Numbered from the stretch's first letter, positions 1 through 10,158 are shown. The stretch is DNA of 64,000 nucleotides from Nitrospirota bacterium (GCA_049325335.1 JBMOMC010000044.1:128001-192000); one strand, 5' to 3'. The notes: generated from the letters alone by a model not told the origin. Numbers and translations: made by a program.

Positions 1-45
1 TCGTTTCACTCCTTTGCTTCGCCATGTGAGCGGATGCCTTCGGCA

Positions 46-555
46 CTATTGTTTGCGCCAAGCGGCGCCGCGCACATTCCACCACATGTCATACATCGGC
101 ACGCCGATCAACAACACGGCAGTGCCCGTCATCAGAATCCACGCGACCAGTTGGACCACGGCGAATCCAGGCGCCACAAACCGGACCAGCCAGGGCGACG
201 CCAGGTCGGCGAGCGTGCCCGCGAACGCCGACACGACCACGGTGCGTTTGAACCGACGGCTGCCCCCGGTCGCGACAAACAGGTGCGTCAACACCAACAG
301 GGTGACGCCTTGGATGAACGCGTGAAAGTGGGCTTCCTCCAGCATCTGCCCGACCGGACGCGGCAGGAGGTCTTCGTTCTCGGCCCCCCGGTAATGCTCG
401 ACGATCTGCTGATACGACGGCCCGACTCTCGTGAGCGCAATGGCGATCAGCGTGAGATACCCGACCGCGGCGAATACTAAGAACCCGGTATAGATCACCT
501 TGATCTCGGTGGTGGTCTGCCCGATCCGATACCCTCGTCGCGAAAAGTCTCTCAC
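46..555 (-). CDS. 4-TM membrane protein with His residues; possible cytochrome b-like redox partner
   Basis: Four hydrophobic segments; H76/H78/H91 in EEAHFHAFIQGVTLLVLTHL; GTGA overlap with the upstream ApbE fusion stop. Confidence 0.7.
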   Translation of the reverse strand: MRDFSRRGYRIGQTTTEIKVIYTGFLVFAAVGYLTLIAIALTRVGPSYQQIVEHYRGAENEDLLPRPVGQMLEEAHFHAFIQGVTLLVLTHLFVATGGSRRFKRTVVVSAFAGTLADLASPWLVRFVAPGFAVVQLVAWILMTGTAVLLIGVPMYDMWWNVRGAAWRKQ

Positions 556-2090
556 GACGCGGTTCCCGGAACTCCATACACGACCGACGTCAAGGCCAAG
601 GCCCTTTTCACGGCGGCGGCGGTCGAGCGTGACGACAGCGTCGCGCCACTGATGCCGTGTACGTCTCGGCCCAACTTGAGCGGCGCCGCCAATGTCTTGC
701 CGGTAAATTGCTCAAGAAACCGTTTAGACCTGATTTCGGAGCCTTGTGATTCTCGGTACGTCATGACGTGTACGCCTCGGATCGTGCCTTCCGGCGCGAC
801 CGCCACCATAAACGTGATGGGTTGTTCTTTGCCGATCACATTCAGCACGGTCGCGTACCCCGTCACACGACCCACCTGTTCCCCGATCCAAAACGTGACC
901 TCGGCCTCCGACATGCGGCCGTTAATCAACGCCGCGACCCGGTCACGCTGAGCCTCGCTCAACGACACCGTTTCTTCCCTGACCGCTTCGGCCTCCGGCA
1001 TCAAACTTCGAAGGGCCTCCTCTCGGCTCAGATACACCACGCCATGACCGAGCGCGGGCCGGAGCACGATAGCCGCCGCGGCCGCGATCATCCCGACGAG
1101 GATTCGCCGCCTGGAGAGACGATTCGCTTCGGGCCTCACCTCCAGGTGATGGCGCCAATCCGGCGTTTCAGCACGCCTCAACCGCCCACTCCCGGCTCGG
1201 CTCGTAATCATCCCATCCAGCCCGAGCCGGCGCAGCAACGCGATCCCGTCGCGCGGTCCCGCAACGAACGCCGCGGTGGAGAGCGCGTCGGACTCCAGCG
1301 CCGTAGGGGCAATCACCGTCGCAGCCATGGCCTTGTCGGCCGGTCGGCCGGTCCTCGGGTCGATGATGTGCCCGTACCGAACTCCGTTGATAAAATTCAC
1401 CTGCTGGTCGTCCCCGGACGTGGCGACCGCACAGTCGACCATTCGCACCACGGACACTACTCGATTCGGGTCCCGTGGGTGCCGAAGCCCGATGCGCCAC
1501 GCGTCATCGTCCGGCGGACGGCCCAGCGCGTAGGTGGTGCTGCCGAAATCCACCAGGGCCGAGGACACGCCGGCCGCCACGAGAGTTCGCACCACCCGAT
1601 CCACGGCATAGCCTTTGCCCATCGCGCCGAATTCAAGCTGCACGCCGGAGGAACCATAGGCCACCGTACGCCGTTCCGCGTCGAACCGCACATGACGCCA
1701 TCCGACGTGATCCAATCGTGAACGAATGTCGCTCGGCGACGGCGGCCCCGACGATCCGCCATGACGTTCATCCCGAGACCGCCACAAGCGCGTGAGCGGC
1801 GAAACCGTCACATCCACGGCCCCCCCGCTCACGATTGAAAAATGCTGCGCCTGCAAGAGCAACCATGACAGTTCGGCATCCACCGCTAGCGGCCCCCGCG
1901 CCGCGTCGCGATTGAGCCTCGACACCTCGCTGGCCGGATCGAACGCGCTCAACAGTCGTTCGATCCGGCCAGCCTCGGTAAACGCGGCGTGGAAAATATC
2001 GCCTCGTTGTTCAACCTCGGCGCTCGGCAGCGTGATATGCAGCACGCCGCCCATGCACGGCCGGCTTTCTCTGATGGTTGGCCGTGTCAT
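552..2090 (-). CDS. apbE: ApbE-family FAD:protein FMN transferase fused to a C-terminal FMN-binding domain
   Basis: ApbE motifs MGG, GAMGKGYAVD, ATSGD, HIIDPRTG, SDALSTA; then SRRRILVGMIAAAAAIVL; then an FMN-binding domain ending ISGATLSS. Confidence 0.9.
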   Translation of the reverse strand: MTRPTIRESRPCMGGVLHITLPSAEVEQRGDIFHAAFTEAGRIERLLSAFDPASEVSRLNRDAARGPLAVDAELSWLLLQAQHFSIVSGGAVDVTVSPLTRLWRSRDERHGGSSGPPSPSDIRSRLDHVGWRHVRFDAERRTVAYGSSGVQLEFGAMGKGYAVDRVVRTLVAAGVSSALVDFGSTTYALGRPPDDDAWRIGLRHPRDPNRVVSVVRMVDCAVATSGDDQQVNFINGVRYGHIIDPRTGRPADKAMAATVIAPTALESDALSTAAFVAGPRDGIALLRRLGLDGMITSRAGSGRLRRAETPDWRHHLEVRPEANRLSRRRILVGMIAAAAAIVLRPALGHGVVYLSREEALRSLMPEAEAVREETVSLSEAQRDRVAALINGRMSEAEVTFWIGEQVGRVTGYATVLNVIGKEQPITFMVAVAPEGTIRGVHVMTYRESQGSEIRSKRFLEQFTGKTLAAPLKLGRDVHGISGATLSSRSTAAAVKRALALTSVVYGVPGTAS

Positions 2091-2098
2091 GCAATCCG

Positions 2099-3313
2099 TC
2101 AGTGGAACTGATAGCCGACGCCCAAGTTAAACCGGCTGCCGTCGTCGTCCGCCCCATTTTCCCAGCTTTCCAGGTCGGCTTTGATCGCCACGTCGGGAAT
2201 CGGAAAGTACGCCAGGCCCGCGGTCATCACCTGCCGCTCGTGGGCTGGATTCTTGGCGAATCCAGTCGGCATCGACTTCTGGGTGTCGAAGTCCTCATAC
2301 CGGAGGAACGCAACTACGGACTGATCTGTGTTGGGTGCCAGCACCTTGAGCACATCGTAGGCGGCCTCAAGATACCACCCGAGCATCTCTTCACCGACCG
2401 GTGCACCTGGCGTCGGTAGTCCGGCTAGGTACGTGGAAATCTGATCCGCCCCATCCACGTTAATTGATGCCAGCACGCCGCGTAGATCCAAACCGGCCAC
2501 GCGCAGCCGCGCGTCCGCCTCCAGAATCCCCACCCCGGCATCGCCCAACGCCGCATTGTTCGTCGTATTCGCACCGCCCTGGTACACCGAGAGCCCCAGG
2601 TCCACGCCCGGCAAACCGACGTATTCCAACCGGCCCACGACGGCCAGAGAGTCGGAGGGCTGCTCGTTCACGTGACCTCGCCCGCCGCGAATCCCGTTCG
2701 ACGCAGTAAAATCTTCGGCATTCAGACCGGATACGAGATACACCCGATATTTAAGCCCGGCCGGCACCGATCCGAAGAGCCCCACGCCGCCCTCTTGCCA
2801 CGAGGTTGGGATGATGGTCCGCTGCACGTACGGCCGCTCTACGCTGTAAAAGAGCGGCGGCTCATGGAATTCGTTCAACGGACCTACCGGCATGAGCATG
2901 CTGCCAGCCCGCACGTTGAACGCCGGGGTGATGAGAAAATCTACATACGCGAACTCGAGTTCGATCTCGCCTGCCGCGTGTTCGAAATCCACCTCGGTGT
3001 GCACGCTGATGCGGTCGTTGAACTGATAACTGACGCCCCACACCATCCGGTGCAAATCCATGATCGCAGGGTCCGCGTCGTCCGGTACGCTCGCCCCCTC
3101 GGGGCTGTTAAAGTGCAACTCGCCGTATCCATGGAAGCTCAGCTTCCCAGCCCCGGACCCGCCGTGCGCATTGTTCTCGCCGGCCCCCAATTGATCAAGC
3201 CGCGATTCGATCCGGTCGAGCCGCTGCGTCACCGAGTCTTCCGCCCACGCATTGCCCGTTGCCTGTCCCGCAACCCACGCACATACGCCTAACGCCACCA
3301 ACGTCCGATTCAT
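2099..3313 (-). CDS. Outer-membrane beta-barrel porin (OprO/OprP-like)
   Basis: Start moved to ATG 3313 (RBS GGGAGGGG); signal peptide ending AWA, short coiled coil, alternating beta strands, C-terminal GVGYQFH. Confidence 0.8.
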   Translation of the reverse strand: MNRTLVALGVCAWVAGQATGNAWAEDSVTQRLDRIESRLDQLGAGENNAHGGSGAGKLSFHGYGELHFNSPEGASVPDDADPAIMDLHRMVWGVSYQFNDRISVHTEVDFEHAAGEIELEFAYVDFLITPAFNVRAGSMLMPVGPLNEFHEPPLFYSVERPYVQRTIIPTSWQEGGVGLFGSVPAGLKYRVYLVSGLNAEDFTASNGIRGGRGHVNEQPSDSLAVVGRLEYVGLPGVDLGLSVYQGGANTTNNAALGDAGVGILEADARLRVAGLDLRGVLASINVDGADQISTYLAGLPTPGAPVGEEMLGWYLEAAYDVLKVLAPNTDQSVVAFLRYEDFDTQKSMPTGFAKNPAHERQVMTAGLAYFPIPDVAIKADLESWENGADDDGSRFNLGVGYQFH

Positions 3314-3406
3314 ACCCCTCCCACCTTTCTCGTGATTGTTCGGGCGCTGGGTGCTGTATTTGCTCTTGGTGCTCACGACCGCTGGCCTCCATGATGTCTC
3401 CGCCCG

Positions 3407-3595
3407 TTAGGGCGCTTCTTGATTACGCGAACGCGGCGACGCTCCTTTGATGCGATCAGAGGAAATCAGCAGCGTTCGTTTGCACCGTCGACACTTCAGC
3501 TCGATGGCCTCGCCCCGCCAGCGCGCCAACAGCCCTCCGCACAAGCACCGCACGTCGGGCGCTGCCCCACACCCATCCGGTCCCCGGGCGATCAT
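3407..3595 (-). CDS. Com-family (phage Mu Com-like) zinc-ribbon protein
   Basis: DVRCLCGGLLAR...IELKCRRCKR resembles the Com pattern RCxxCxxLLA...IKCxRC; first ORF after a promoter. Confidence 0.7.
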   Translation of the reverse strand: MIARGPDGCGAAPDVRCLCGGLLARWRGEAIELKCRRCKRTLLISSDRIKGASPRSRNQEAP

Positions 3596-3605
3596 GCCGC
3601 CGAAC

Positions 3606-3640
3606 TATTGATATTGGAATTAGATTTCATTTTCATTTAT
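3606..3640. promoter_or_regulatory. Candidate Fur box array
   Basis: AT-rich run of GATAAT-like hexamers (minus strand AAATGAAAATGAAATCTAATTCCAATATC) in GC-rich DNA, just downstream of a -10 element. Confidence 0.6.
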
Positions 3641-3649
3641 GAGGCTGCG

Positions 3650-3679
3650 ATCATAGTTGGAATGCAAAAGGATTGTCAA
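3650..3679 (-). promoter_or_regulatory. Sigma70-type promoter of the porin/apbE operon
   Basis: TTGACA (3679-3674), 18 bp spacer, TATGAT (3655-3650). Confidence 0.75.
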
Positions 3680-3739
3680 GCGGAGAATACGCCGACGGGC
3701 GGGTAAACCGCGGTCGTCCGGTACGACCGACGCGTTGAA

Positions 3740-4213
3740 CTACTCTTTGGTGAGCTGCTGACTGAGGTAGTTTTCAATGCCGACTCGCTTGATGGCATCA
3801 AGCTGGGTTTCGATCCAGTCGATGTGGCCTTCCTCCCCGTGCACCATCCGTTCCAACTTGGCGCGGGTGTTAAAGTCGCTCACTTTCACGCAATGCACGA
3901 TGCCCTCGGTCAGCACGGCGACGGCATCCTGCTCGAGACGAAGATCGAGATTGAGTTGTTCGAGCACCGTTTCCCCGATCTGAACCTGCCCCAGCCGCTG
4001 CAGATTTGGAATTCCCTCCAGATACAAGATGTGTTCGATCAGTTCGTGGGCGTCTTTCATCTCGTCGAAGCTATGCTGACGGATCTTTTCGTACAGTCGT
4101 TCGAATCCCCAGTGATGACACATCTCGGCGTGCACGAAGTATTGATTGATCGCGGTCAGCTCATTGGTCAACACTCGATTCAACAAATCAATGACGCCCT
4201 CTTTCGCCTTCAT
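3740..4213 (-). CDS. bfr: Bacterioferritin
   Basis: Start ATG 4213 with RBS AAGGAG; NELTAINQYFVH, heme ligand M52, ferroxidase residues E18/E51/E94/E127/H130. Confidence 0.95.
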   Translation of the reverse strand: MKAKEGVIDLLNRVLTNELTAINQYFVHAEMCHHWGFERLYEKIRQHSFDEMKDAHELIEHILYLEGIPNLQRLGQVQIGETVLEQLNLDLRLEQDAVAVLTEGIVHCVKVSDFNTRAKLERMVHGEEGHIDWIETQLDAIKRVGIENYLSQQLTKE

Positions 4214-4272
4214 CGCGGTCTCCTTCGTGGGACTAGATAGCGTAACCGGCGTACGAGAACCAAAGAGGCTGC

Positions 4273-4302
4273 ACCGTATCTCACCCCCACGGAGGATGTC
4301 AA
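4273..4302 (-). promoter_or_regulatory. Sigma70-type promoter of bfr
   Basis: TTGACA (4302-4297), 18 bp spacer, TACGGT (4278-4273); no Fur box seen. Confidence 0.6.
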
Positions 4303-4325
4303 CCGACGCGAGACCATCACGCGAA

Positions 4326-4547
4326 TCAGGAACGAGACGAGCTATTCGACGGCGTGAGCACGTCCGTGTCAGCCAGCGCTTCTCGGGCGATCGCGACAAG
4401 TTTCGGAATGCCCACGACACAACGCCCGCAACAATCGTTGCGATCGATACCCAATTCCTCGGTCAACGCTTCCGGACTGACGACGCCGGATCGCCCCAGG
4501 TTTTGGACTTGGGAATCGGTGATGCCCTTACACAAGCAGATATACAT
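4326..4547 (-). CDS. bfd: Bacterioferritin-associated [2Fe-2S] ferredoxin
   Basis: MYICLCKGITD...CCGRC; adjacent to bfr; start moved to ATG 4547. Confidence 0.9.
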   Translation of the reverse strand: MYICLCKGITDSQVQNLGRSGVVSPEALTEELGIDRNDCCGRCVVGIPKLVAIAREALADTDVLTPSNSSSRS

Positions 4548-4567
4548 GCACGACGACCTTTCGATAT

Positions 4568-4619
4568 GATAATGAATTGCTTTTTCACTACCATAGCCGA
4601 TCGCCACCCCGCCTGTCAA
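4568..4619 (-). promoter_or_regulatory. bfd promoter with adjacent Fur box
   Basis: TTGACA (4619-4614), 18 bp spacer, TATGGT (4595-4590); GATAATGAATTGCTTTTTC at 4568-4586 matches 13/19 of GATAATGATAATCATTATC. Confidence 0.75.
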
Positions 4620-4635
4620 GAAGTATCTCGATGAT

Positions 4636-6147
4636 TTACTCGTCCAACTCGATGTGGTGCTTGTCCAAAGTCGTCCCTTCGACCCGAGAGAGAGCGACCA
4701 GCGACGCGGCATAGTCGGCCTGCGCGCGAATTGCGGCCGACCGGGCCGCGGCCAATTGCGACTGAGCCTGAAGGACGAGAAAACTGGTTGACGTGCCGGC
4801 GCGGAGCCGGGATTCCTCAGCCGCAAGCGACTCCTCGGCTAGGCGCCGCGCCGCGCGCGTGGCTTCGACGCGCTTGGCGTTGGTCCTGACCTGACCGACC
4901 GCATTGTCCACTTGCACAAGGATGTCTTGCTCCAGCTTGCGAAGACTCAGTGCCGCTCGTTCCGCTTCCAAGCGCGCAATCCGATCCGCGGCGTCGGCCC
5001 GTCGATTCCCGAGCGGAACGGTCGCGTTCACGCCTACGCTCCACACCCGATGCTCGCGGTCCGCCAGACCATCCGCAAATCTGCCCGAGGTCTCCCCTCG
5101 CGCGTTGAACCCGTAGCTGATTTGCAGATCGAGCTGGGGCCACGCCTGGTTGCGACTAAACGCTCGCAGGAGATTTCTGCGCTGCACCTCGTGTTGGGCT
5201 TGCTTGACCTCGGGCCGACGTGCCAGAGCGATGCGCGCACTCTCCACGGCGTCCGTGGAAACCGGCTCATCCGGGAGCGTCTCGGCGGGATGGAGCGACA
5301 CGCCGCGCAGCGCCGTCACGTCGGCCGCGATCAACCGTTTGAGGGCGTTGTCCGCTTCGATGATCGCCTGTTCCGCGACGATCACGGCCTCTTCCCGTTC
5401 GGCCGCGCCCGCATCGGCCTGCGTTACGTCCAATGGCGACATCACGCCGATCTCGACCCGGGTCCGGTTGTCAACCACCAAGGCCTTGGCGCGTTGAAGG
5501 TCTTCGCGTTTGGCCTTATGATCCTCGATCGCGAACATCAGCTCGTAATACGCGCGGCTCACCTCGGAGACAATGTCCATCACCCGGCCCGCGGTCTGCT
5601 CGAGCGCGATCTGCCGGTCCTTACGGGCGACGCGTAGCGCGACCGTGTTCGACCGGCCGAAGTTTTTGAGCAACGGTTGGGTCAACGTCAGCCCGGTGGT
5701 TCCGATATGCACGCCGGAGGTCGCGAGCGTGCCGGAAGTCCGCGTATCGAACGCGGACAGATCGTAGTGCGTACCGGTCGGCAGTGTCCCGGTCAACGAG
5801 AGGTCCGTGCGCAACTCTCGGCTCTCCAGCGCGTCGCGCCCAAGCGATACTTGCCGCTCCGGCGAAAGCGGCTCGGACGCGTCCTCGTAGCTGATCGACC
5901 CCGTCAACGCTGGATCGAACGCGCCCCGTGCGCTCACGATGTTCCACTCGCTGATCGCGGGCGCCACGCGTTCGATCTGCACGTCCAGATTCGCGCTCAA
6001 CGCCCGCTCGATGGACTCCTGAAGCGTCAGGGACTGCACCTGATGTCCTTCTTGTGCGCCCCCGACCGCATGGCCCACCCCGATGGCGACACCCAGTGCG
6101 CCGGCGATCGTCCACCTCGTCCACGTTGTCCACCGTCGATCACTCAT
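4636..6147 (-). CDS. TolC-family outer-membrane efflux protein
   Basis: Signal peptide, LTLQESIERALSANLD, two OEP repeats; overlaps the permease stop. Confidence 0.9.
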   Translation of the reverse strand: MSDRRWTTWTRWTIAGALGVAIGVGHAVGGAQEGHQVQSLTLQESIERALSANLDVQIERVAPAISEWNIVSARGAFDPALTGSISYEDASEPLSPERQVSLGRDALESRELRTDLSLTGTLPTGTHYDLSAFDTRTSGTLATSGVHIGTTGLTLTQPLLKNFGRSNTVALRVARKDRQIALEQTAGRVMDIVSEVSRAYYELMFAIEDHKAKREDLQRAKALVVDNRTRVEIGVMSPLDVTQADAGAAEREEAVIVAEQAIIEADNALKRLIAADVTALRGVSLHPAETLPDEPVSTDAVESARIALARRPEVKQAQHEVQRRNLLRAFSRNQAWPQLDLQISYGFNARGETSGRFADGLADREHRVWSVGVNATVPLGNRRADAADRIARLEAERAALSLRKLEQDILVQVDNAVGQVRTNAKRVEATRAARRLAEESLAAEESRLRAGTSTSFLVLQAQSQLAAARSAAIRAQADYAASLVALSRVEGTTLDKHHIELDE

Positions 6148-7353
6148 AACGTAATGCGGTGATCGGATCGAGCCGCGACGCCTTGCGCGCCGGATAGAAG
6201 CCGAAAAAGATCCCCACCACGGCGCTGAATAAAAACGCCACGGCGATCGAGCCCGGGGAGATCACCGTGGGCCACTCCGCCACCGCGGAGAGTACTTTAG
6301 CCGTGGTGATGCCGAGGGCGATCCCAATTCCCCCGCCCACCGTGCTCAGCGCAATCGCCTCCAGCAAGAACTGCATCAGGATGTCCTTCGCATGCGCGCC
6401 GACCGCCATGCGAATGCCGATCTCGCGCGTGCGCTCGGTCACGCTGACCAACATGATGTTCATGATTCCGATCCCCCCGACGATGAGCGACACCCCGGCG
6501 ATCGCGCCCAGCAGCGTGGTCATCACACGCGACGTCTCGGTCGCGGCCTCCGCAATGTCCTCCTGGGTCCGAACCGTGAAATCATCGTCTCGGCCGGGGC
6601 CGATCCGGTGGCGCTGGCGCAGCAAGGAAGTAATTTGGTCCGAAACCGGGTTTACCAGTGCCGCCGTCCCGGCTTGAATCGTGATTGAGCGCGCAGTCGT
6701 GACGCCCAGCACCCGCTTCATCGCGGAGCTGTAGGGGAGCACGAGCACGTCGTCCTGGTCCGTGCCGTGCATTGAAAACCCCCTGGGCGCGAGCAGACCG
6801 ACCACCACGAACGGCACGTTCTTGATCCGCACGATCCGTCCGACGGGACTAGCCCCCGCGAAGAGTTGTTGCGCCGTGGTGCGGCCGATCACTGCGACCT
6901 TGGCGGCGGCCCGTACGTCGCGCTCGGTAAAGGGTTCGCCCTCCACCAACGCCCACTGCCGAATCGAGAAGTACTCGGGAGAAACGCCCAATATTTGGGT
7001 CGACCAATTCTGGTTCTCGGCAACCACTTGGGTGACGCTGCGCACCTCGGGACTGGTGCCAGCCACCCCCGGGATCTCCCGCGCGATGGCTTCCACGTCT
7101 TCGACCGTCAGGGTTCCGGCTCCACCCCACCCGGTGCGAATGCCCGTGCTCGTGGTGCTGCCCGAGAATACCTGAATCACATTGCGGCCCAGGCTGGCGA
7201 TCTGCGCCTCCACCTGCGCCTTCGCTCCATTGCCGACCGCCACCATCGCAATCACGGCGGCCACGCCCACCACGATGCCGAGCGCGGTCAACGCCGAGCG
7301 CATCGGGTTCCGGCGCAACGCGCGCCAGGCGAGTTTGGCGGTGGCTGACGGCG

Positions 7354-7357
<4 letters not shown>
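6140..7357 (-). CDS. MacB-like ABC transporter permease
   Basis: RSALTALGIVVGVAAVIAM, GGIGIMNIMLVSVTERTREIGIRMAVGA, LDPITALRYE; start ATG 7357 (ATGA overlap). Confidence 0.93.
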
Positions 7358-8112
<755 letters not shown>

Positions 8113-8128
8113 CGCGCCTCCGCGCGCA

Positions 8129-9367
8129 TCAGAACCGGCCGGGTCCTCTTCCGCCGAACGGATTGGCGGCTCCGCCCCGCGCGCTCGAGATCGACTGGTC
8201 GACCCGCAGTCCGATGATCACGCGGTCGCCCTCCTGAAGGCCCTCCACGATTTCGGTCGTCACACCGTCGGTGATCCCGGTTTTGACCGGCACCCGCTCC
8301 ACCGTCGCCGCTTGTTCGTCCTCAACCCGATACACGGCCCGCCCGCCGGGCGCGCCGCCTCGCGAGTCGGGGCGCATCGCCGCACTCGCCCCTCGGGTTG
8401 TCCGGCTTTGTCCACTGGCGGTTTCGGCATCGGCCGGCCGGAAACGTAATGCGGCATTGGGAACAGTCAGTACGTTCTCACGGGCGGCCACCACAATGGA
8501 CACGTTGGCCGTCATCCCGGGTTTGAGTGTTAGCTCCGGGTTGGCTACCTCGATAATCGTGTCGTAGGTGACCACGTTCTGCACCGTGACCGGCGCGTTG
8601 CGCACCTGCACGACCCGTCCCTGAAATCGTTGCGAGGGAAACGCGTCCACGGTGAAGTTGACGTCTTGCCCGACCTCCACGCCGCCGATATCGGCCTCCG
8701 CCACGCTCGCGTTGATCTGCATCTTGGCCAGGTCGTTGGCGATGACGAACAATGTCGGCGCGCTCAGGCTCGCTGCCACGGTCTGGCCTACGTCCACGCT
8801 GCGAGAAATGACCACGCCGTCGATCGGCGCCTCGATAGTGCAACGCTCCACATCCACCGCGGCCTTGCGAACCGACGCCTCGCGGATCATCACCGCGGCT
8901 TCGGCTTGGTGCAGGTCGGCCTGGGCCTGATCGTATTCCGATTGCGGGATCAGATCCTTGCCGCGCAGTTCCGAGGCCCTGGTCGCCTTGACGCGCGCCA
9001 GATCGAGGCCCGCCCGCGCATTGGCCAGTTCGCCCTCGGCCTGGCGAAGGTTCGCGACGTAAGTGGAGGAATCCAGTTGCGCGAGAACTTGTCCGGCCTT
9101 CACCCGCGAGTTAAAGTCCGCGAACAGCTTCTGGATGATCCCGGAGATTTGGCTCCCGACCTGCACACTGACAACGGGATTAAGCTGGCCGGTAGCCGTC
9201 ACGACCTGTGTCAGGTCTCCGCGCGCCACCGCGGCGGTCTGGTACTCGGGCGCGTCGTTATGACGCGATGTCCAATACCATACCCCGCCGACAAGAGTGA
9301 TCGCGAGCGTTCCGACAACCACGGCCCACTGCAGCCGACCGACACCTAGGCGTCGCTTCAACGGCAC
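8129..9367 (-). CDS. MacA-like periplasmic adaptor (membrane fusion protein)
   Basis: N-terminal TM, VGSQISG lipoyl-like motif, APIDGVV, LKPGMTA. Confidence 0.92.
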   Translation of the reverse strand: MPLKRRLGVGRLQWAVVVGTLAITLVGGVWYWTSRHNDAPEYQTAAVARGDLTQVVTATGQLNPVVSVQVGSQISGIIQKLFADFNSRVKAGQVLAQLDSSTYVANLRQAEGELANARAGLDLARVKATRASELRGKDLIPQSEYDQAQADLHQAEAAVMIREASVRKAAVDVERCTIEAPIDGVVISRSVDVGQTVAASLSAPTLFVIANDLAKMQINASVAEADIGGVEVGQDVNFTVDAFPSQRFQGRVVQVRNAPVTVQNVVTYDTIIEVANPELTLKPGMTANVSIVVAARENVLTVPNAALRFRPADAETASGQSRTTRGASAAMRPDSRGGAPGGRAVYRVEDEQAATVERVPVKTGITDGVTTEIVEGLQEGDRVIIGLRVDQSISSARGGAANPFGGRGPGRF

Positions 9368-9605
9368 CCTCTGACGGTTGACACGGAGCTCCCCACGGCG
9401 CGGATATTATCTTGGCGCGCCCACGATACCGTACAACCGCCGGCATACGCAAACCCGTTATCCACTTCAGCACAACTGGAACATGATCGGCAACGCCACG
9501 GTTGACGCCACGGGTCGCCCTTCGTCGTTATACGCCGGAGTAAAAATCGCCTCCCGCACCTTGCGGAACATGTTTACGTTCTCTGTGGCGTGTCAAGCGA
9601 GGTTT

Positions 9606-10103
9606 TTAATGGCTGTGGTGGTGGGACACGGAGCGGGCCGCCCGGGCTTTGGCGCGGTCATCCGCTTCGCACGATTTGCAGACTCCGTACAGCTCTAACT
9701 TATGAAAGGTGATGCGGAAATTGTGTTGGCGGGCCACCTGCTCCTGGAACTGCTCGATCTGGAAGTTTTCGAACTCGATGATGCGGCCGCAGTGGGTGCA
9801 AATGAGGTGGTCGTGGTGCGATTTCCACGCGACGTTGTCGTAGATGGTTTTGCCCGTACCGAAGTGCCGTTCCTGCGCGAGCTCCCATTGACACAACAGC
9901 TTCAGGGTCCGGTACACGGTGATCACCCCGATCGACGGATCGCGCTTGGACACCTTCTGGAACAATTCGTCGACCGTGATGTGATCCTGTTCGAGAAAGA
10001 GCTCCGCGATCAATTCGCGTTGATGCGTGAATTTAAGTCCGTGTTCACGCAATCGCTCTTGGAGCAGATCCCTCGAACGATTCTTGGCTTTCGATTGCGC
10101 CAT
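9606..10103 (-). CDS. fur: Fur-family transcriptional repressor
   Basis: TVYRTLKLL, HHDHLICTHCG, GVCKSC, His-rich tail; ATG 10103 with RBS AAGGA. Confidence 0.9.
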   Translation of the reverse strand: MAQSKAKNRSRDLLQERLREHGLKFTHQRELIAELFLEQDHITVDELFQKVSKRDPSIGVITVYRTLKLLCQWELAQERHFGTGKTIYDNVAWKSHHDHLICTHCGRIIEFENFQIEQFQEQVARQHNFRITFHKLELYGVCKSCEADDRAKARAARSVSHHHSH

Positions 10104-10128
10104 CAAGTGAAATCCTTTTTCATCACGA

Positions 10129-10158
10129 ACAATACGCCGCTCGGCGCGGGCGTGTCAA
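10129..10158 (-). promoter_or_regulatory. fur promoter
   Basis: TTGACA (10158-10153), 18 bp spacer, TATTGT (10134-10129). Confidence 0.65.

Noticed and set aside
9378..9410. Plus-strand TTGACA...TATTAT promoter
   Set aside because: The spacer is 21 bp and no credible plus-strand gene follows.
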